From positions 3,040,001-3,104,000 of the forward strand of contig OY760907.1 of NCBI GenBank assembly GCA_963664195.1: a DNA stretch of 64,000 nucleotides, in the 5' to 3' direction. The notes under the pieces are model-generated. The model was given only the letters and a program-made list of their open reading frames with translations, was not told the origin of the DNA and made no database searches. Both the position numbers and the translations under genes were made by a program. The DNA comes from an uncultured candidate division Zixibacteria bacterium. GTDB lineage: Bacteria; Zixibacteria; MSB-5A5; GN15; FEB-12. Position 1 is the stretch's first letter. The number at the start of each line of letters is the position of its first letter. Below are positions 49,350 to 59,717 of the stretch, piece after piece.

Positions 49350-51956
49350 CTACCACCAGCTAATCAGTTTTGGCTTTTTGGTATGCAGCAAGTGTTCGTT
49401 TTCCGGGACTACTCGCGCAGTGATGCCGAAACGACCTGATTCGTGGCAAGTTACAACGCCGTTGTACGAATAGACGTCGGCGGCATCGGACTCGCCGCTG
49501 CCGTTGAGTTCCGCCGGTAACGGCGAGAACTCGAGGAACTGCTCCTGGGAGTTCAGTCTGCCGGAGACGATTTCCACAGTAACATCACTCGGCTTAATCG
49601 AACCGAGCTGCACGCTCATTACCACCTTGACCTGCTGGCCAACTTTCACGGTGGAGCCTACGTCGGGGAACTCAATATTAGTGATGGCTATCCGATCCCA
49701 GCTTTTTGAGATGTTGTCCATCCATGCTGTGAGTTCTCTTTCGAGGACGAAATCATTCGCCGAAAGCTCTTCGCCGGATTTCAGGGCTGGCATATAGAAA
49801 TTGGTCGTGTAGTCCATTAGCATGCGCTGGGCCGAGAACTGCTGTCCGGCTTTGTGGATGGACGCCTTCATCATCTTGATCCAGCGCTCCGGCAGCCGAA
49901 TGTCGTTACGTTCGTAGAACAGCGGGATGATTTCCCGTTCCAGCGTGTTGTAGAGGGACTCAGACTCGAGGTGATCCTGCACTTTCGGATTGTCGTATTC
50001 CTCGCCGTTGCCGATTTTGAATCCGACCTGATCGTCGTATCCTTCAGCCCACCAACCGTCGAGAACTGAGAAGTGCATGCCGCCGTTGAGGGCCGCTTTC
50101 ATGCCGGAGGTTCCCGAGGCTTCCTGCGGACGAACCGGATTGTTCAACCAGATGTCAGCTCCCTGAACGAGGTAGCGAGCGACATTGATGTCGTAATCTT
50201 CAAGGAAGATGATACGATTGCGGAAGCGTGGGTCAGAGGCCTTGTGCACTATGTCCTGAATAATCTCTTTGCCGGGGTTATCCAGAGGGTGCGCTTTGCC
50301 GGCCACAATGAGCTGCACGGGACACTTTTCGTTGTTGATTATTTTGGCCAGCCGGTCAAGATCACGGAAGATAAGATTGCCCCGCTTGTATGTCGAGAAC
50401 CGTCGGGCAAACCCAATCGTCAACGCCTGCGGATCAAGATACTGCTCCGCACGCTGAACGTCGATCTGGCTTGCCCCGCGACGGGCCAACTGGGCTTTCA
50501 GGCTCTTGCGAGCGAAGAAAATCAACCGTTCGCGCCGTTTGCTGTGTACGCGCCAGAGTTCGAAATCGGGTATGCGATGCACTTTCTCCCAGACTTCAGG
50601 GGCGCCGGGGCGTTCCATGAACCTGGGGCCGAAATAGGACTCGTACAGCTCTTTCATGTCGTGCGACACCCATGAGAACGGATGCACACCGTTGGTGATC
50701 GCCCGGATCGGCACTTCTTCGCGCGGCAGATTGGGCCAGATGTGGTGCCACATATCCCGGGAGATGTTGGCGTGAAGCTCAGATACGCCGTTGCAGAATG
50801 CCGCCGATTTGAGTGCGGCTACCGTCATGCCGAAGTGCTCCTGGTCGTCAGTGACGTTGACCCGTCCGATAGAGACAAAATCCTGCCAGGGGATACCGAG
50901 TTCCTTCACCTTATCGCCCAGATACCGCTGAAGCAGGACCGGGTCGAATTTCTCGTTTCCAGCCGGTACCGGGGTATGAGTGGTGAATACTGAAGTGGAC
51001 CACACATGCTGTGAGGCTTCTTTGAAACTCAGCTTGTGCTCTTTCATCAGCAGACGGAGACGTTCCAATGTCAGGAACCATGAATGTCCTTCGTTGGAAT
51101 GAAATATCTCACAGTCGTGTCCCAGGGCCCTGAGTGCACGGATGCCGCCCACTCCGAGGACGATTTCTTGTCGGATACGCATATCCTTGTCGCCTCCGTA
51201 CAGCACCGACGTTATCTCGCGTGCCTTGTTGGAGTTTTCGGGGATGTTGGTGTCGAGCAAGTATAGGGGAATCAGGCCGACGCGGACTTTCCATATTTGA
51301 ATCTGAACCGGAACGCCGTCGAGCTTGAGAGCGACCCGCACCGGTTTGCCCTCGTCGTCCTTGACCAGTTCGACCGGCATGTGGTACCAGTCGTTTTCTT
51401 CGTACCTTTCCTGTTGCCAACCGTCGCTTGACAAAAACTGACGAAAATACCCGTAACGATACAGGAGGCCGATCGCAACCATAGGAAGACCGATGTCGGA
51501 GGCCGATTTCAGTGTATCGCCGGAAAGCACGCCCAGACCGCCGGAATAGACCGGCAGACCGGTGTCCAGGCCGTATTCAAGCGAGAAGTAGGCGATACGG
51601 TCCTTGCGACCGGTGCCGAATTTGTAGTCGAACCATCGCTTTTGGCCGAGATATTCCTGATACTGGTCGTAGACCTTGTCGAGGCTGGCAAGGAATGCCT
51701 CGTCATTGGCTGCCGCTTCCAGTTTGTGCTGCGGCAGTTTGGAGAGCATCTCCACCGGGTTCTGATAGCACCGCTCCCACATGTCGGCATCCAGCCGAAT
51801 GAAGAGTCTGACGACCTCCCAGTTCCACGAATACCACAGGTTGTTGGCCATCTCCTGGAGTTTCTTGATTCGTTCCGGCAGTCGCGGTAGTACTAGTAGT
51901 TGCTTTACTCGCATAGTATGTCCTGTTAAAGTCCCTGTTCCCTGGGTAACACTCAT
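49350..51956 (-). CDS. glgP: Alpha-glucan (glycogen) phosphorylase
   Basis: YSGGLGVLSGD, NEGH, FTTHTPVPAG, GFARRFSTYKR, EASGTSGMKA (PLP Lys). Confidence 0.96.
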   Translation of the reverse strand: MSVTQGTGTLTGHTMRVKQLLVLPRLPERIKKLQEMANNLWYSWNWEVVRLFIRLDADMWERCYQNPVEMLSKLPQHKLEAAANDEAFLASLDKVYDQYQEYLGQKRWFDYKFGTGRKDRIAYFSLEYGLDTGLPVYSGGLGVLSGDTLKSASDIGLPMVAIGLLYRYGYFRQFLSSDGWQQERYEENDWYHMPVELVKDDEGKPVRVALKLDGVPVQIQIWKVRVGLIPLYLLDTNIPENSNKAREITSVLYGGDKDMRIRQEIVLGVGGIRALRALGHDCEIFHSNEGHSWFLTLERLRLLMKEHKLSFKEASQHVWSTSVFTTHTPVPAGNEKFDPVLLQRYLGDKVKELGIPWQDFVSIGRVNVTDDQEHFGMTVAALKSAAFCNGVSELHANISRDMWHHIWPNLPREEVPIRAITNGVHPFSWVSHDMKELYESYFGPRFMERPGAPEVWEKVHRIPDFELWRVHSKRRERLIFFARKSLKAQLARRGASQIDVQRAEQYLDPQALTIGFARRFSTYKRGNLIFRDLDRLAKIINNEKCPVQLIVAGKAHPLDNPGKEIIQDIVHKASDPRFRNRIIFLEDYDINVARYLVQGADIWLNNPVRPQEASGTSGMKAALNGGMHFSVLDGWWAEGYDDQVGFKIGNGEEYDNPKVQDHLESESLYNTLEREIIPLFYERNDIRLPERWIKMMKASIHKAGQQFSAQRMLMDYTTNFYMPALKSGEELSANDFVLERELTAWMDNISKSWDRIAITNIEFPDVGSTVKVGQQVKVVMSVQLGSIKPSDVTVEIVSGRLNSQEQFLEFSPLPAELNGSGESDAADVYSYNGVVTCHESGRFGITARVVPENEHLLHTKKPKLISWW

Positions 51957-52124
51957 CTAAGTATCGTGACAGGTCCCGTTATGCAACAAGAATATCCAGA
52001 ACAGAGATTTGTTTTGCTTTCCGTTGTTACGTCCTGTGTTTTGGCGGTGCGTGACCCTTTTTTTATTTCCAAATCGGTCGATACTGTATAACATTGAGTG
52101 GACTAACAAACTTATGTGGGGTAT

Positions 52125-53276
52125 ATGAAAAGACGGAAGCAACGGCAACGGATTGGCGTTTTGACCGGCGGCGGAGATTGTCCCGGTCTGAATGCGGTCA
52201 TTCGGTCCATCGTGAAGACGGCTGAACATGACTACGACATGGAAGTTATTGGTTTTCTTGACGGCTATGAAGGCTTGATAGAGAACCGTTTCCGGCCCCT
52301 CGGGCTGGCCAACGTCTCTGGACTTCTGGCTGAAGGAGGGACGATTCTCGGCACCTCAAACAGGGCTGACCCGTTCCATTTCCCGGTTCTGCAGGGGGAA
52401 GAGTACGTCTATCTTGACAGGTCCAGTCAGGCGCTCAGGAATTTTGAGAGTCTCGGGCTGGATACTCTTATCGCCATAGGCGGCGATGGCACTATGGCGG
52501 CCTCGGCCGGTTTGGTAGACCTCGGTTTGCCGATTATTGGCGTGCCCAAAACGATAGACAACGATCTGTGCGGCACTGATGTGACGTTCGGATACGACTC
52601 GGCACTTTCGATAGCTACTGAAGCCATTGATCGTATTCATACCACGGCACAGTCACATCACCGGGTAATGATTATCGAGGTTATGGGGCGCTATGCCGGA
52701 TGGATTGCGCTTGGTGCGGGTTTGGCCGGTGGCGGAGACATCATCCTGATTCCGGAGATTCCTTACGATGTTGGCGCCATCTGTGAGAAGGTTCGTTCGC
52801 GCAATTCTCTGGGTAAGAACTTCTCCATCGTAGTGGTCGGCGAGGGTGCGAAAGCCATTGGTGGCAATATGGTTGTCAAGCAGCGTATAGAGAACTCACC
52901 GGACGCTATTCGTCTGGGTGGTATTTCGCACCAGGTGGCTGCGCAGCTCGAAGGATTGATTCACATTGAGTGCCGCGTCACCATTCTTGGGCATCTGCTC
53001 AGAGGTGGTGCACCTTCGGCGCGAGATAGAATCCTAGCCACACGATTCGGTGCCGAGGGCCTTCATCTGGCCGCCAATGGTGAGTCCAATAAGATGGTTG
53101 CCCTGGTGAAGGGTGACATCACTTCAGTGCCGTTGCGTGATGTGGCGGGCAAATTCAGAAGAGTAACCCCGGATCATCCGTGGGTAAAAACTGCCCTTTC
53201 GACGGGCATTTGTCTGGGAGTCTCTGACGAGATACCGTTGGGAGAGGCTTTTGCGGAGCCGACGGTTCCCGTCTAG
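52125..53276 (+). CDS. pfkA: 6-phosphofructokinase, probably ATP-dependent
   Basis: TGGGDCPGLN, GGTILGT, GGDGT (Gly rather than Asp), PKTIDND, EVMGR. Confidence 0.92.
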   Translation: MKRRKQRQRIGVLTGGGDCPGLNAVIRSIVKTAEHDYDMEVIGFLDGYEGLIENRFRPLGLANVSGLLAEGGTILGTSNRADPFHFPVLQGEEYVYLDRSSQALRNFESLGLDTLIAIGGDGTMAASAGLVDLGLPIIGVPKTIDNDLCGTDVTFGYDSALSIATEAIDRIHTTAQSHHRVMIIEVMGRYAGWIALGAGLAGGGDIILIPEIPYDVGAICEKVRSRNSLGKNFSIVVVGEGAKAIGGNMVVKQRIENSPDAIRLGGISHQVAAQLEGLIHIECRVTILGHLLRGGAPSARDRILATRFGAEGLHLAANGESNKMVALVKGDITSVPLRDVAGKFRRVTPDHPWVKTALSTGICLGVSDEIPLGEAFAEPTVPV

Positions 53277-53362
53277 GAGCCGCTTTTCGATTCGCCAGGC
53301 AACAACAGGCTGCGTCATCCGGGAATCCCGTACAGGTGACGTCAAGACAGGAGGTCCGTGCG

Positions 53363-54748
53363 GTGATTTCGTTAGCATTTCACGGTGCAGCTCGCATCGT
53401 TACAGGTTCCAAGTATCTAATCACGGTCAATGACCGGAAAATTCTCATCGATGCCGGCGTGTTTCAAGGGCGCAGAGAACTGCGACAACTGAACTGGGAG
53501 CCGCTCCCGTTTGCGGGTTCTGATCTCGATGCCGTCATTCTGACCCACGCGCACATTGATCATATCGGGTATCTTCCGCGACTGGTCAAAGATGGTTTTC
53601 GTGGAAAAGTATTTTGCACCGCACCTACGGCCGAACTTGCGGAGGTGTCGCTTCTGGATAGCGCGCATATACAAGAAGAAGACGCCAATTATCGTAACAA
53701 GAAGAAACTCTCCCGTCACAAGAAAGCCCTGCCGTTGTACACGGTCGAGGATGCGCAGGATGCTATCCGTTTGTTCCATTCCGTGCCGTACGATAACTGG
53801 GAGGGGCTGAATGATGAGTTCAGGTTCCGACTGCATATCGTGGGGCATGTCCTTGGTGCGGCAGGGGTTGAGGTCGGGTTGAATGACAACGGTCGTAAAA
53901 CGGACATCTTTTTCTCCGGGGATGTCGGTCGCTACGGCAACCCCCTGACACGCAATCCGGCTCATCCGCCGGAATGTGAGTACATGGTCTGCGAGTCAAC
54001 TTACGGGGGAAGACTCCATGCCCCGGAGGATCCGCGGGCGACGTTTATCAAGTTGATCAACGATGCTGTGAAGCGCAAGGCAGTGCTGTTGATTCCGGCG
54101 TTTGCGGTCAGTCGCACTCAGCAGATCACGTATCTCATAAACGAGCTAACTCGGTATGGTCTTGTTCCGCCGGTGGAGCTGTATCTTGATTCGCCCATGG
54201 CGATCTCTGCGACTGAGATTTTCTGCAAGTACCATTCGTTCCACAAGGTAGATATCAACAAGCTTGGTGGCCCGAACTGTGTGCTGAATGGTGAACGAGT
54301 GCACCTTTGCCGCAAGCGCAAGGATTCGCAGAAACTGAATAAACTCAAGGGACCGGCGATTATCATGTCGGCCAGCGGGATGCTTACCGGCGGGCGCATC
54401 ATGCACCATTTGATGAACCGTCTGGGTGATCCGTTTACCACAGTTGTGCTGGCCGGGTATATGGCCGAAGGTACGCTGGGACGCAAAATTGCCGAGGGTG
54501 CCGAGGAAGTGAGTATTCATAAGCAGCTTTTCAAAGTGAAGGCAAAAGTGGTGACAATGCGGGGCCTTTCGGGCCATGCCGATTTCTATGAGATGTTGCA
54601 CTGGTTGGAGGATATGGAAAAGGCTCCAAAGAGAGTGTTTGTCACTCACGGTGAACTGTCGCAGTCGGAGGCGATGGCCGAGCACTTGAGGACGAAGAAG
54701 AACTGGGAGTGCCATATTCCCAATCTTGGTGAAGTTGTTGAATTGTAA
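53363..54748 (+). CDS. MBL-fold beta-CASP ribonuclease-like hydrolase
   Basis: GAARIVTGS, THAHIDHIG, SGDVG, ESTYG, ASGMLTGGR, SGHAD; GTG start behind AGGAGG. Confidence 0.9.
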   Translation: MISLAFHGAARIVTGSKYLITVNDRKILIDAGVFQGRRELRQLNWEPLPFAGSDLDAVILTHAHIDHIGYLPRLVKDGFRGKVFCTAPTAELAEVSLLDSAHIQEEDANYRNKKKLSRHKKALPLYTVEDAQDAIRLFHSVPYDNWEGLNDEFRFRLHIVGHVLGAAGVEVGLNDNGRKTDIFFSGDVGRYGNPLTRNPAHPPECEYMVCESTYGGRLHAPEDPRATFIKLINDAVKRKAVLLIPAFAVSRTQQITYLINELTRYGLVPPVELYLDSPMAISATEIFCKYHSFHKVDINKLGGPNCVLNGERVHLCRKRKDSQKLNKLKGPAIIMSASGMLTGGRIMHHLMNRLGDPFTTVVLAGYMAEGTLGRKIAEGAEEVSIHKQLFKVKAKVVTMRGLSGHADFYEMLHWLEDMEKAPKRVFVTHGELSQSEAMAEHLRTKKNWECHIPNLGEVVEL

Positions 54749-54767
54749 TTGAGTGACAGGGCTAAGA

Positions 54768-55631
54768 ATGAGCAAGAAGAAGACCGAAGACAAAGCAGCT
54801 ATGATTCGCAGACTTGAGCGGTCGCCCGCCTACCGGATTGCCTATCAGGATCCGGATTTCATGACCGGTGAGTTCGCCCGTCCTGCCAGGCTGGAGTTGG
54901 AGTTGTTGAAAACCGAAATCGGGTTGCACAAGCACCGGATAAATTCCACGATCGTGACTTTCGGCGGCACGAGGATCGTGGAGAGGGACGAAGCTCTGAA
55001 GAAAGTCAAGGCGTTGGAAGGGAAGATCAAACGGAAGCCGGATGACCGGGGGTTGCGCAAAAAACTCCGCATCGCGAAGTCCATTCTGGCAAAATCAAAG
55101 TATTACGACGAGGCCCGCGAGTTTGGGCGGCTTGTCTCTGCCGAATGTCAACGAAACTCCGAGTGTGAATACGTCATAATCACCGGCGGAGGTCCGGGAA
55201 TCATGGAAGCGGCCAACAGGGGGGCACATGACCTCGGGGCCAAATCTATCGGGCTTAATATCACACTGCCGTTTGAGCAGGAGCCGAACGCGTATATCAC
55301 CGAGGGTTTGTGCTACCAATTTCACTATTTTGCCGTTCGCAAGATGCATTTTCTGCTTCGTGCCAAAGCGCTGGTGGCGTTTCCTGGCGGCTACGGGACC
55401 ATGGATGAACTTTTCGAGGCTTTGACGCTGGTGCAGACGCACAAGACTCCACCGTTGCCGATCATTCTCTTTGGGGAGGAATTCTGGAAGGGGTTGATTA
55501 ATTTCGACTTCCTGGTAGAACAGGGGACCATCGACGAAAAGGATATCAAGTTGTTTGTGTACGCTGACACGGCCATGGATGCCTGGAACTACATTAAGTA
55601 CTTCTGGGAGGCCGCGGCTGTTCCTGAGTGA
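54768..55631 (+). CDS. LOG-family (TIGR00730-like) protein
   Basis: TGGGPGIMEAANRGA, FHYFAVRKMHF, PGGYGTMDE. Confidence 0.9.
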   Translation: MSKKKTEDKAAMIRRLERSPAYRIAYQDPDFMTGEFARPARLELELLKTEIGLHKHRINSTIVTFGGTRIVERDEALKKVKALEGKIKRKPDDRGLRKKLRIAKSILAKSKYYDEAREFGRLVSAECQRNSECEYVIITGGGPGIMEAANRGAHDLGAKSIGLNITLPFEQEPNAYITEGLCYQFHYFAVRKMHFLLRAKALVAFPGGYGTMDELFEALTLVQTHKTPPLPIILFGEEFWKGLINFDFLVEQGTIDEKDIKLFVYADTAMDAWNYIKYFWEAAAVPE

Positions 55632-55652
55632 TTCCAGGAGGTTGGATCAGAA

Positions 55653-56051
55653 TCACTGTTCGTACCGCATATGGAAACTGTATCGATTGGCGCCGATCTG
55701 ATCGCTTCCTTTTTCGTAGATTTTTACGGTGGCCTCGTACGTGCGATATCCCGGCTTGCTGGCGGACAGTCTCTGGTCTCCGGTAGGCAGATCGTCAATG
55801 GCATACTTACCGTCGGAGTCGCTTTCGGCTCTTCTGCCACCTATTAGAATAGTCACACCGGCCAGGCTCACCTGACTGCCGGAATCGCTGTAGACGACGC
55901 CGGACAGCTCGCCTTTTTTACTCGTGCCAAGAATGTCGGAAAGACTGCACCCGTTTAGAGCAAAACACAGTATACCTGCAATAACAAGTATTTCTGTAAT
56001 TCTGGCGACAATCGGTCTGCGTTCTGCTGTCGGTGTTTCTATGGTATTCAT
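55653..56051 (-). CDS. Putative lipoprotein with carboxypeptidase-regulatory-like domain
   Basis: Lipobox LNGC; GELSGVV...SDSDGKYAIDDLPTG...ASKPGY. Confidence 0.7.
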   Translation of the reverse strand: MNTIETPTAERRPIVARITEILVIAGILCFALNGCSLSDILGTSKKGELSGVVYSDSGSQVSLAGVTILIGGRRAESDSDGKYAIDDLPTGDQRLSASKPGYRTYEATVKIYEKGSDQIGANRYSFHMRYEQ

Positions 56052-56124
56052 ATCGTCTCGTGTGTCTGTTGTATTCTAGTCTGAATATCGCCGAAAAGTT
56101 CGCGAATTGCCACATTAATCAGAT

Positions 56125-56901
56125 TCATCGTTTCAGGAAACCCTTGCTGCGCAAGTACTCCAGCAGGTGCGGGCGCTGCACAGAAGGGGATTTGCTGGCC
56201 ATGCGGCGGGCGCTGTGCTCCGACCAGGAATAAACGCCTTCAAATGAAGGGTAGTTTTCCGTCTCGATTTCGCGGCCTTTGAGGTATCCCAATGTGTTGA
56301 TTGTCTGGTCGTACTCACTCACAGCGCCGGTTATGGCATCTGCATTGTACTCTTCAGAAAAGCACAGGCCGGAAAGTGGCAGGCGGGGTTTCATAATCGT
56401 CGGTTTCTCGGGATAGCCCAGCGACATACCCATCACGGGGTAGACCTCGTCCGGCAGGCTGAGGAGAGAAGAAACCTCCTCAGGGTTGTTCCTAATTCCG
56501 CCGACCATTACGCCTCCTATGCCCAGCGCCTGCGCCGCCTGGAGAGCGCGACCGGCTGCCAGGGCAGCGTCGATGGTAGCTACAACAAACGCTTCGGCAG
56601 TGTCACCGTGGAAATCATAGCCTTGTCCGCGGTTGATTGTCCCAAGTCGGTGCAAATCAGCACAGAATACCAGGAAGAGTGCTGAATCGGCGACATGCTG
56701 TTGACCGCCGGAGAGTTTGGCCAGCTTGTTTTTCTTCGATTGATCACGTACGGAGATCATTGAATATGCGTGGAGGTTTGACGAAGTGGGCGAGCGTTCG
56801 GCGGTGGCGAGGATAAGGTGTTCATCCCCGGCCGAGATTGGCTTGCCGGTGAACTGCCGTACAGAGCCATGGCTGTTCAGAAACTCCAAAATCTGGTCCA
56901 T
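56125..56901 (-). CDS. NfsA/Frp-family nitroreductase
   Basis: HGSVRQFT, SPTSSNLHAYS, VFCADLHR, GGIRN, KPRLP. Confidence 0.9.
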   Translation of the reverse strand: MDQILEFLNSHGSVRQFTGKPISAGDEHLILATAERSPTSSNLHAYSMISVRDQSKKNKLAKLSGGQQHVADSALFLVFCADLHRLGTINRGQGYDFHGDTAEAFVVATIDAALAAGRALQAAQALGIGGVMVGGIRNNPEEVSSLLSLPDEVYPVMGMSLGYPEKPTIMKPRLPLSGLCFSEEYNADAITGAVSEYDQTINTLGYLKGREIETENYPSFEGVYSWSEHSARRMASKSPSVQRPHLLEYLRSKGFLKR

Positions 56902-56931
56902 GTGAGATCCTCCTGTTATCTGTCATGAGAG

Positions 56932-56960
56932 AGGCCGGATTGAATTTCAATCCGGCCTGC
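56932..56960. repeat. 12-bp hairpin downstream of the metalloprotease (terminator or REP-like)
   Basis: AGGCCGGATTGA-ATT-TCAATCCGGCCT-GC. Confidence 0.55.
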
Positions 56961-56995
56961 AATATAGTCATTGACTACAGTGCGTCAACTCATGC

Positions 56996-59662
56996 CTAGA
57001 GTCGAGAGTACTCCCTTTGAGCGTTCTTGGCGGCTTCGATCTGACGGACGACTTCCTTGAAGTGTGCCAGGGTCATGCCGTTGATCGATTTGGAGTCGGC
57101 CGCTTTGCGAGCGGCGGCTTCGATGATATCGAGATCATTGGCGGCCAGGGTGCGGGCATCCGATGGGTAGATCACAGGACCGCTCAGGTAGATATTGGTG
57201 ATCCTCTGGAGATGCGCCAGCTGTAACTGTCTTCGATAGCTGTTCACGTTGGCAGCGCTCAGCACTTCGCCCCAGATGGCCTTTCTGACGTCGGTGAAGA
57301 GGTCGTACATGGTGTACATTTCTTCGCCCTCTTTATATCGCTCCGTGTTGTTGATCAGACGGCCAAGCGTAGCCGGGTTGTACAGCGTCGCAAGGGCGGC
57401 CGCCTGTACGTTCAGAACGCGCTGGTGCCATGGGTAATCGAGCGGTGAGCGATAAATGGTGCCGACGAAATCGCCGCCCCGGTTTGGCTGGAGTTTGTTC
57501 AGCAGGTCTTCCGGTAGATCAAAAGCGTCGGCGGCAAAAATCTGTTTGCTAATCAGGTCGATCGCACGGCGCTGCTCTGCGGCTGCCACCGGACGGAAGG
57601 GGATATCACCGCCGGGATCACCGATATGATTCTTGTTGTGATGCAATCCACCGATGAAGTGAGACGCAAACAGGGCAGACTCGTGGTAAGAGCGCCATCC
57701 GGTGGCGAATACGCGGCGGATCTTCTCATAGCTTTCACCCGGTTTTTCGAATTCGCTGATAGAGTTATCCCAGAGTTCCTTCGTCAGTCTGATCTTGTGC
57801 TCACAGAAGGCAAGCGGATCAGCGCCGAGATCGAAAACGTTCACGTATGGATCAACACCTCCGCCTGCACGATCGAAATCGGTGGCGTAAGCCAGCAGGG
57901 GATCGGCAGAACGAGAAGCGATTTCCTGCAGTTGCTCGATCTCATCTGCGGGCTGTTTCGCACCGAAATCGCGATAGCCGTACTCCACGCGCCAGTAGTC
58001 AAACGGGCCTGGCACGGAAGCGTAGAACTCACCCTGCGGCTCCCCTTTTGCGGCGATGTTCGCTGCCGGGTATTCCATGATTGTGCCTGTGGTACTGTGC
58101 TCGCGAGTGAAGTTGCGGTCGCTGAGTTGTTCGAGCGTGTAAATCGTCGACGCCTTGAAATTGTGGCGGAATCCCAGCGTGTGACCTACCTCATGGGCAA
58201 TCACTTCGACCAGATACGAGTGTACGTACTCGCGTGTCAGAGAATCCTTGTCGACAAAAGCGCCGGCGCTGCTCAAGAGGTACGACAGTCCGAACGCTGC
58301 TTCTTTGGCGGACTCTCTGGCGTAGATCGCACAGCAGTTGTGCTCGTTGTCAGGGTCCATCAACTGTTCGTGAATGTCCGGTTCCTCGATGATTGTGCCG
58401 TCGTACGACACCGGTGAAATGAAGTTCTCCATGGTATTGAACATGGCCCGGATGAAATCAACCGAGAGACTGATGTCGGCATCGTAAATCTGCCCGGTGA
58501 ACGGGTTCGCCCGGCTCGGACCTATAGCGTACACACCGGTACCGATCATCCAGCGAATAGTATTGTAACGTACATCGAGCGGATCCCAGTCGGCCGTGTC
58601 CGGCATCTGCTTGGCAATGACGGCGTTCCTATAGCCGATTCGCTCAAAAGCGGGATTCCAAAACTCGATACCTTCGGCCACCGCATCGCGGTACTCCTCA
58701 GGCACGGCTTTGTCTACCCAGAAAACAATGGGCTCGACCGGTTCCGAGATACGGGCATCCGGATTCTTCTTCTTCAGATTCCAGCGTTGTATGTACCGGA
58801 CATACGGCGACTCCTGATCGAGCGTGCTGTAATCCTCGTACATTGTCTGGAAAAAGCCGGTACGGTCATCGGCCAGTCTCGGCACGTAGTCAGTTTCCGG
58901 GAGGCTTGACAGAGAGAAGTGGTAACGATGGAAGAAGCTCTGGCCGCTCTGCAAGGTGGCACCGCCGTTCGGCTGTTTCGATGCAAAGTGCAGGATAGCA
59001 TCGATCTCGCAGTTCTCAGGGAATGCCTTGATGGTCTTGACGTAGCTATTGCTCTTGTCAAAACCGATTCCTTTGTGCGCCCGTATGCCGAGATAGTAGC
59101 CCGTGTTTTCGGCGTCGCGGACAAACAAGGGAGAGGCATCGAACAGTATTGCCTTGGTCGAGTCATCGGGAGTAGACTTGACCGCGGTGGAGGCGTACAG
59201 ATGGTCGGAGATTCCTCGCGGGATGGCATCGGCCAAAGTCGAAGTGCTGTCGGCTCTTATTCTGAGGTTTTTTTCGATTACCTGGATGTTCTTGCCGACC
59301 CGTTTGAAGTAGAACGGGAAGGTACGTCCGAGCGGGCCAGTATCATAGAACGTGCCGTCGCCGGCAGCCCTGGCCATAGACATCAGGTAGATCGGGCCAA
59401 TCTGCTCCGGAGTCACTGCCATTAATACAGAATTGTCAGTGGTGTCTTCGTAGAACGTGAAGAGACCTTCAATAACAACTTTGTCTTTGGTCAACTCAGA
59501 GAAAGGTTTCAGGCCGTTCTTTCCGTTCGGCTTTTTGGCGTTTTGAGATGACTGTGCTTTCCTGTGGCGAGCAGAGTGGTCTCGTGCGAGGGCGATGTTT
59601 GGAATCGTCAGGCAGATCAAAGCGATTGCTGCCAGTGCGATCCCGATCCGTGATGTGCGCAT
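56996..59662 (-). CDS. Exported zinc metalloprotease (DUF5117/DUF4953, EcxA-like metzincin)
   Basis: Signal peptide; PRLADDRTGFF, WNPAFERIG, NPFTGQIYDAD, HEVGHTLGFRHNF, Met-turn IMEY. Confidence 0.9.
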   Translation of the reverse strand: MRTSRIGIALAAIALICLTIPNIALARDHSARHRKAQSSQNAKKPNGKNGLKPFSELTKDKVVIEGLFTFYEDTTDNSVLMAVTPEQIGPIYLMSMARAAGDGTFYDTGPLGRTFPFYFKRVGKNIQVIEKNLRIRADSTSTLADAIPRGISDHLYASTAVKSTPDDSTKAILFDASPLFVRDAENTGYYLGIRAHKGIGFDKSNSYVKTIKAFPENCEIDAILHFASKQPNGGATLQSGQSFFHRYHFSLSSLPETDYVPRLADDRTGFFQTMYEDYSTLDQESPYVRYIQRWNLKKKNPDARISEPVEPIVFWVDKAVPEEYRDAVAEGIEFWNPAFERIGYRNAVIAKQMPDTADWDPLDVRYNTIRWMIGTGVYAIGPSRANPFTGQIYDADISLSVDFIRAMFNTMENFISPVSYDGTIIEEPDIHEQLMDPDNEHNCCAIYARESAKEAAFGLSYLLSSAGAFVDKDSLTREYVHSYLVEVIAHEVGHTLGFRHNFKASTIYTLEQLSDRNFTREHSTTGTIMEYPAANIAAKGEPQGEFYASVPGPFDYWRVEYGYRDFGAKQPADEIEQLQEIASRSADPLLAYATDFDRAGGGVDPYVNVFDLGADPLAFCEHKIRLTKELWDNSISEFEKPGESYEKIRRVFATGWRSYHESALFASHFIGGLHHNKNHIGDPGGDIPFRPVAAAEQRRAIDLISKQIFAADAFDLPEDLLNKLQPNRGGDFVGTIYRSPLDYPWHQRVLNVQAAALATLYNPATLGRLINNTERYKEGEEMYTMYDLFTDVRKAIWGEVLSAANVNSYRRQLQLAHLQRITNIYLSGPVIYPSDARTLAANDLDIIEAAARKAADSKSINGMTLAHFKEVVRQIEAAKNAQREYSRL

Positions 59663-59717
59663 GCAAATCCTCCTATATCGATCAGCTTAGCATGTTCGAA
59701 CCCACAGTATACAGTAT

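Noticed and set aside
52125..53276. PPi-dependent PFK linked to hppA
   Set aside because: The motif is GGDG, not GGDD/GGED, which favours ATP use despite PKTIDND.
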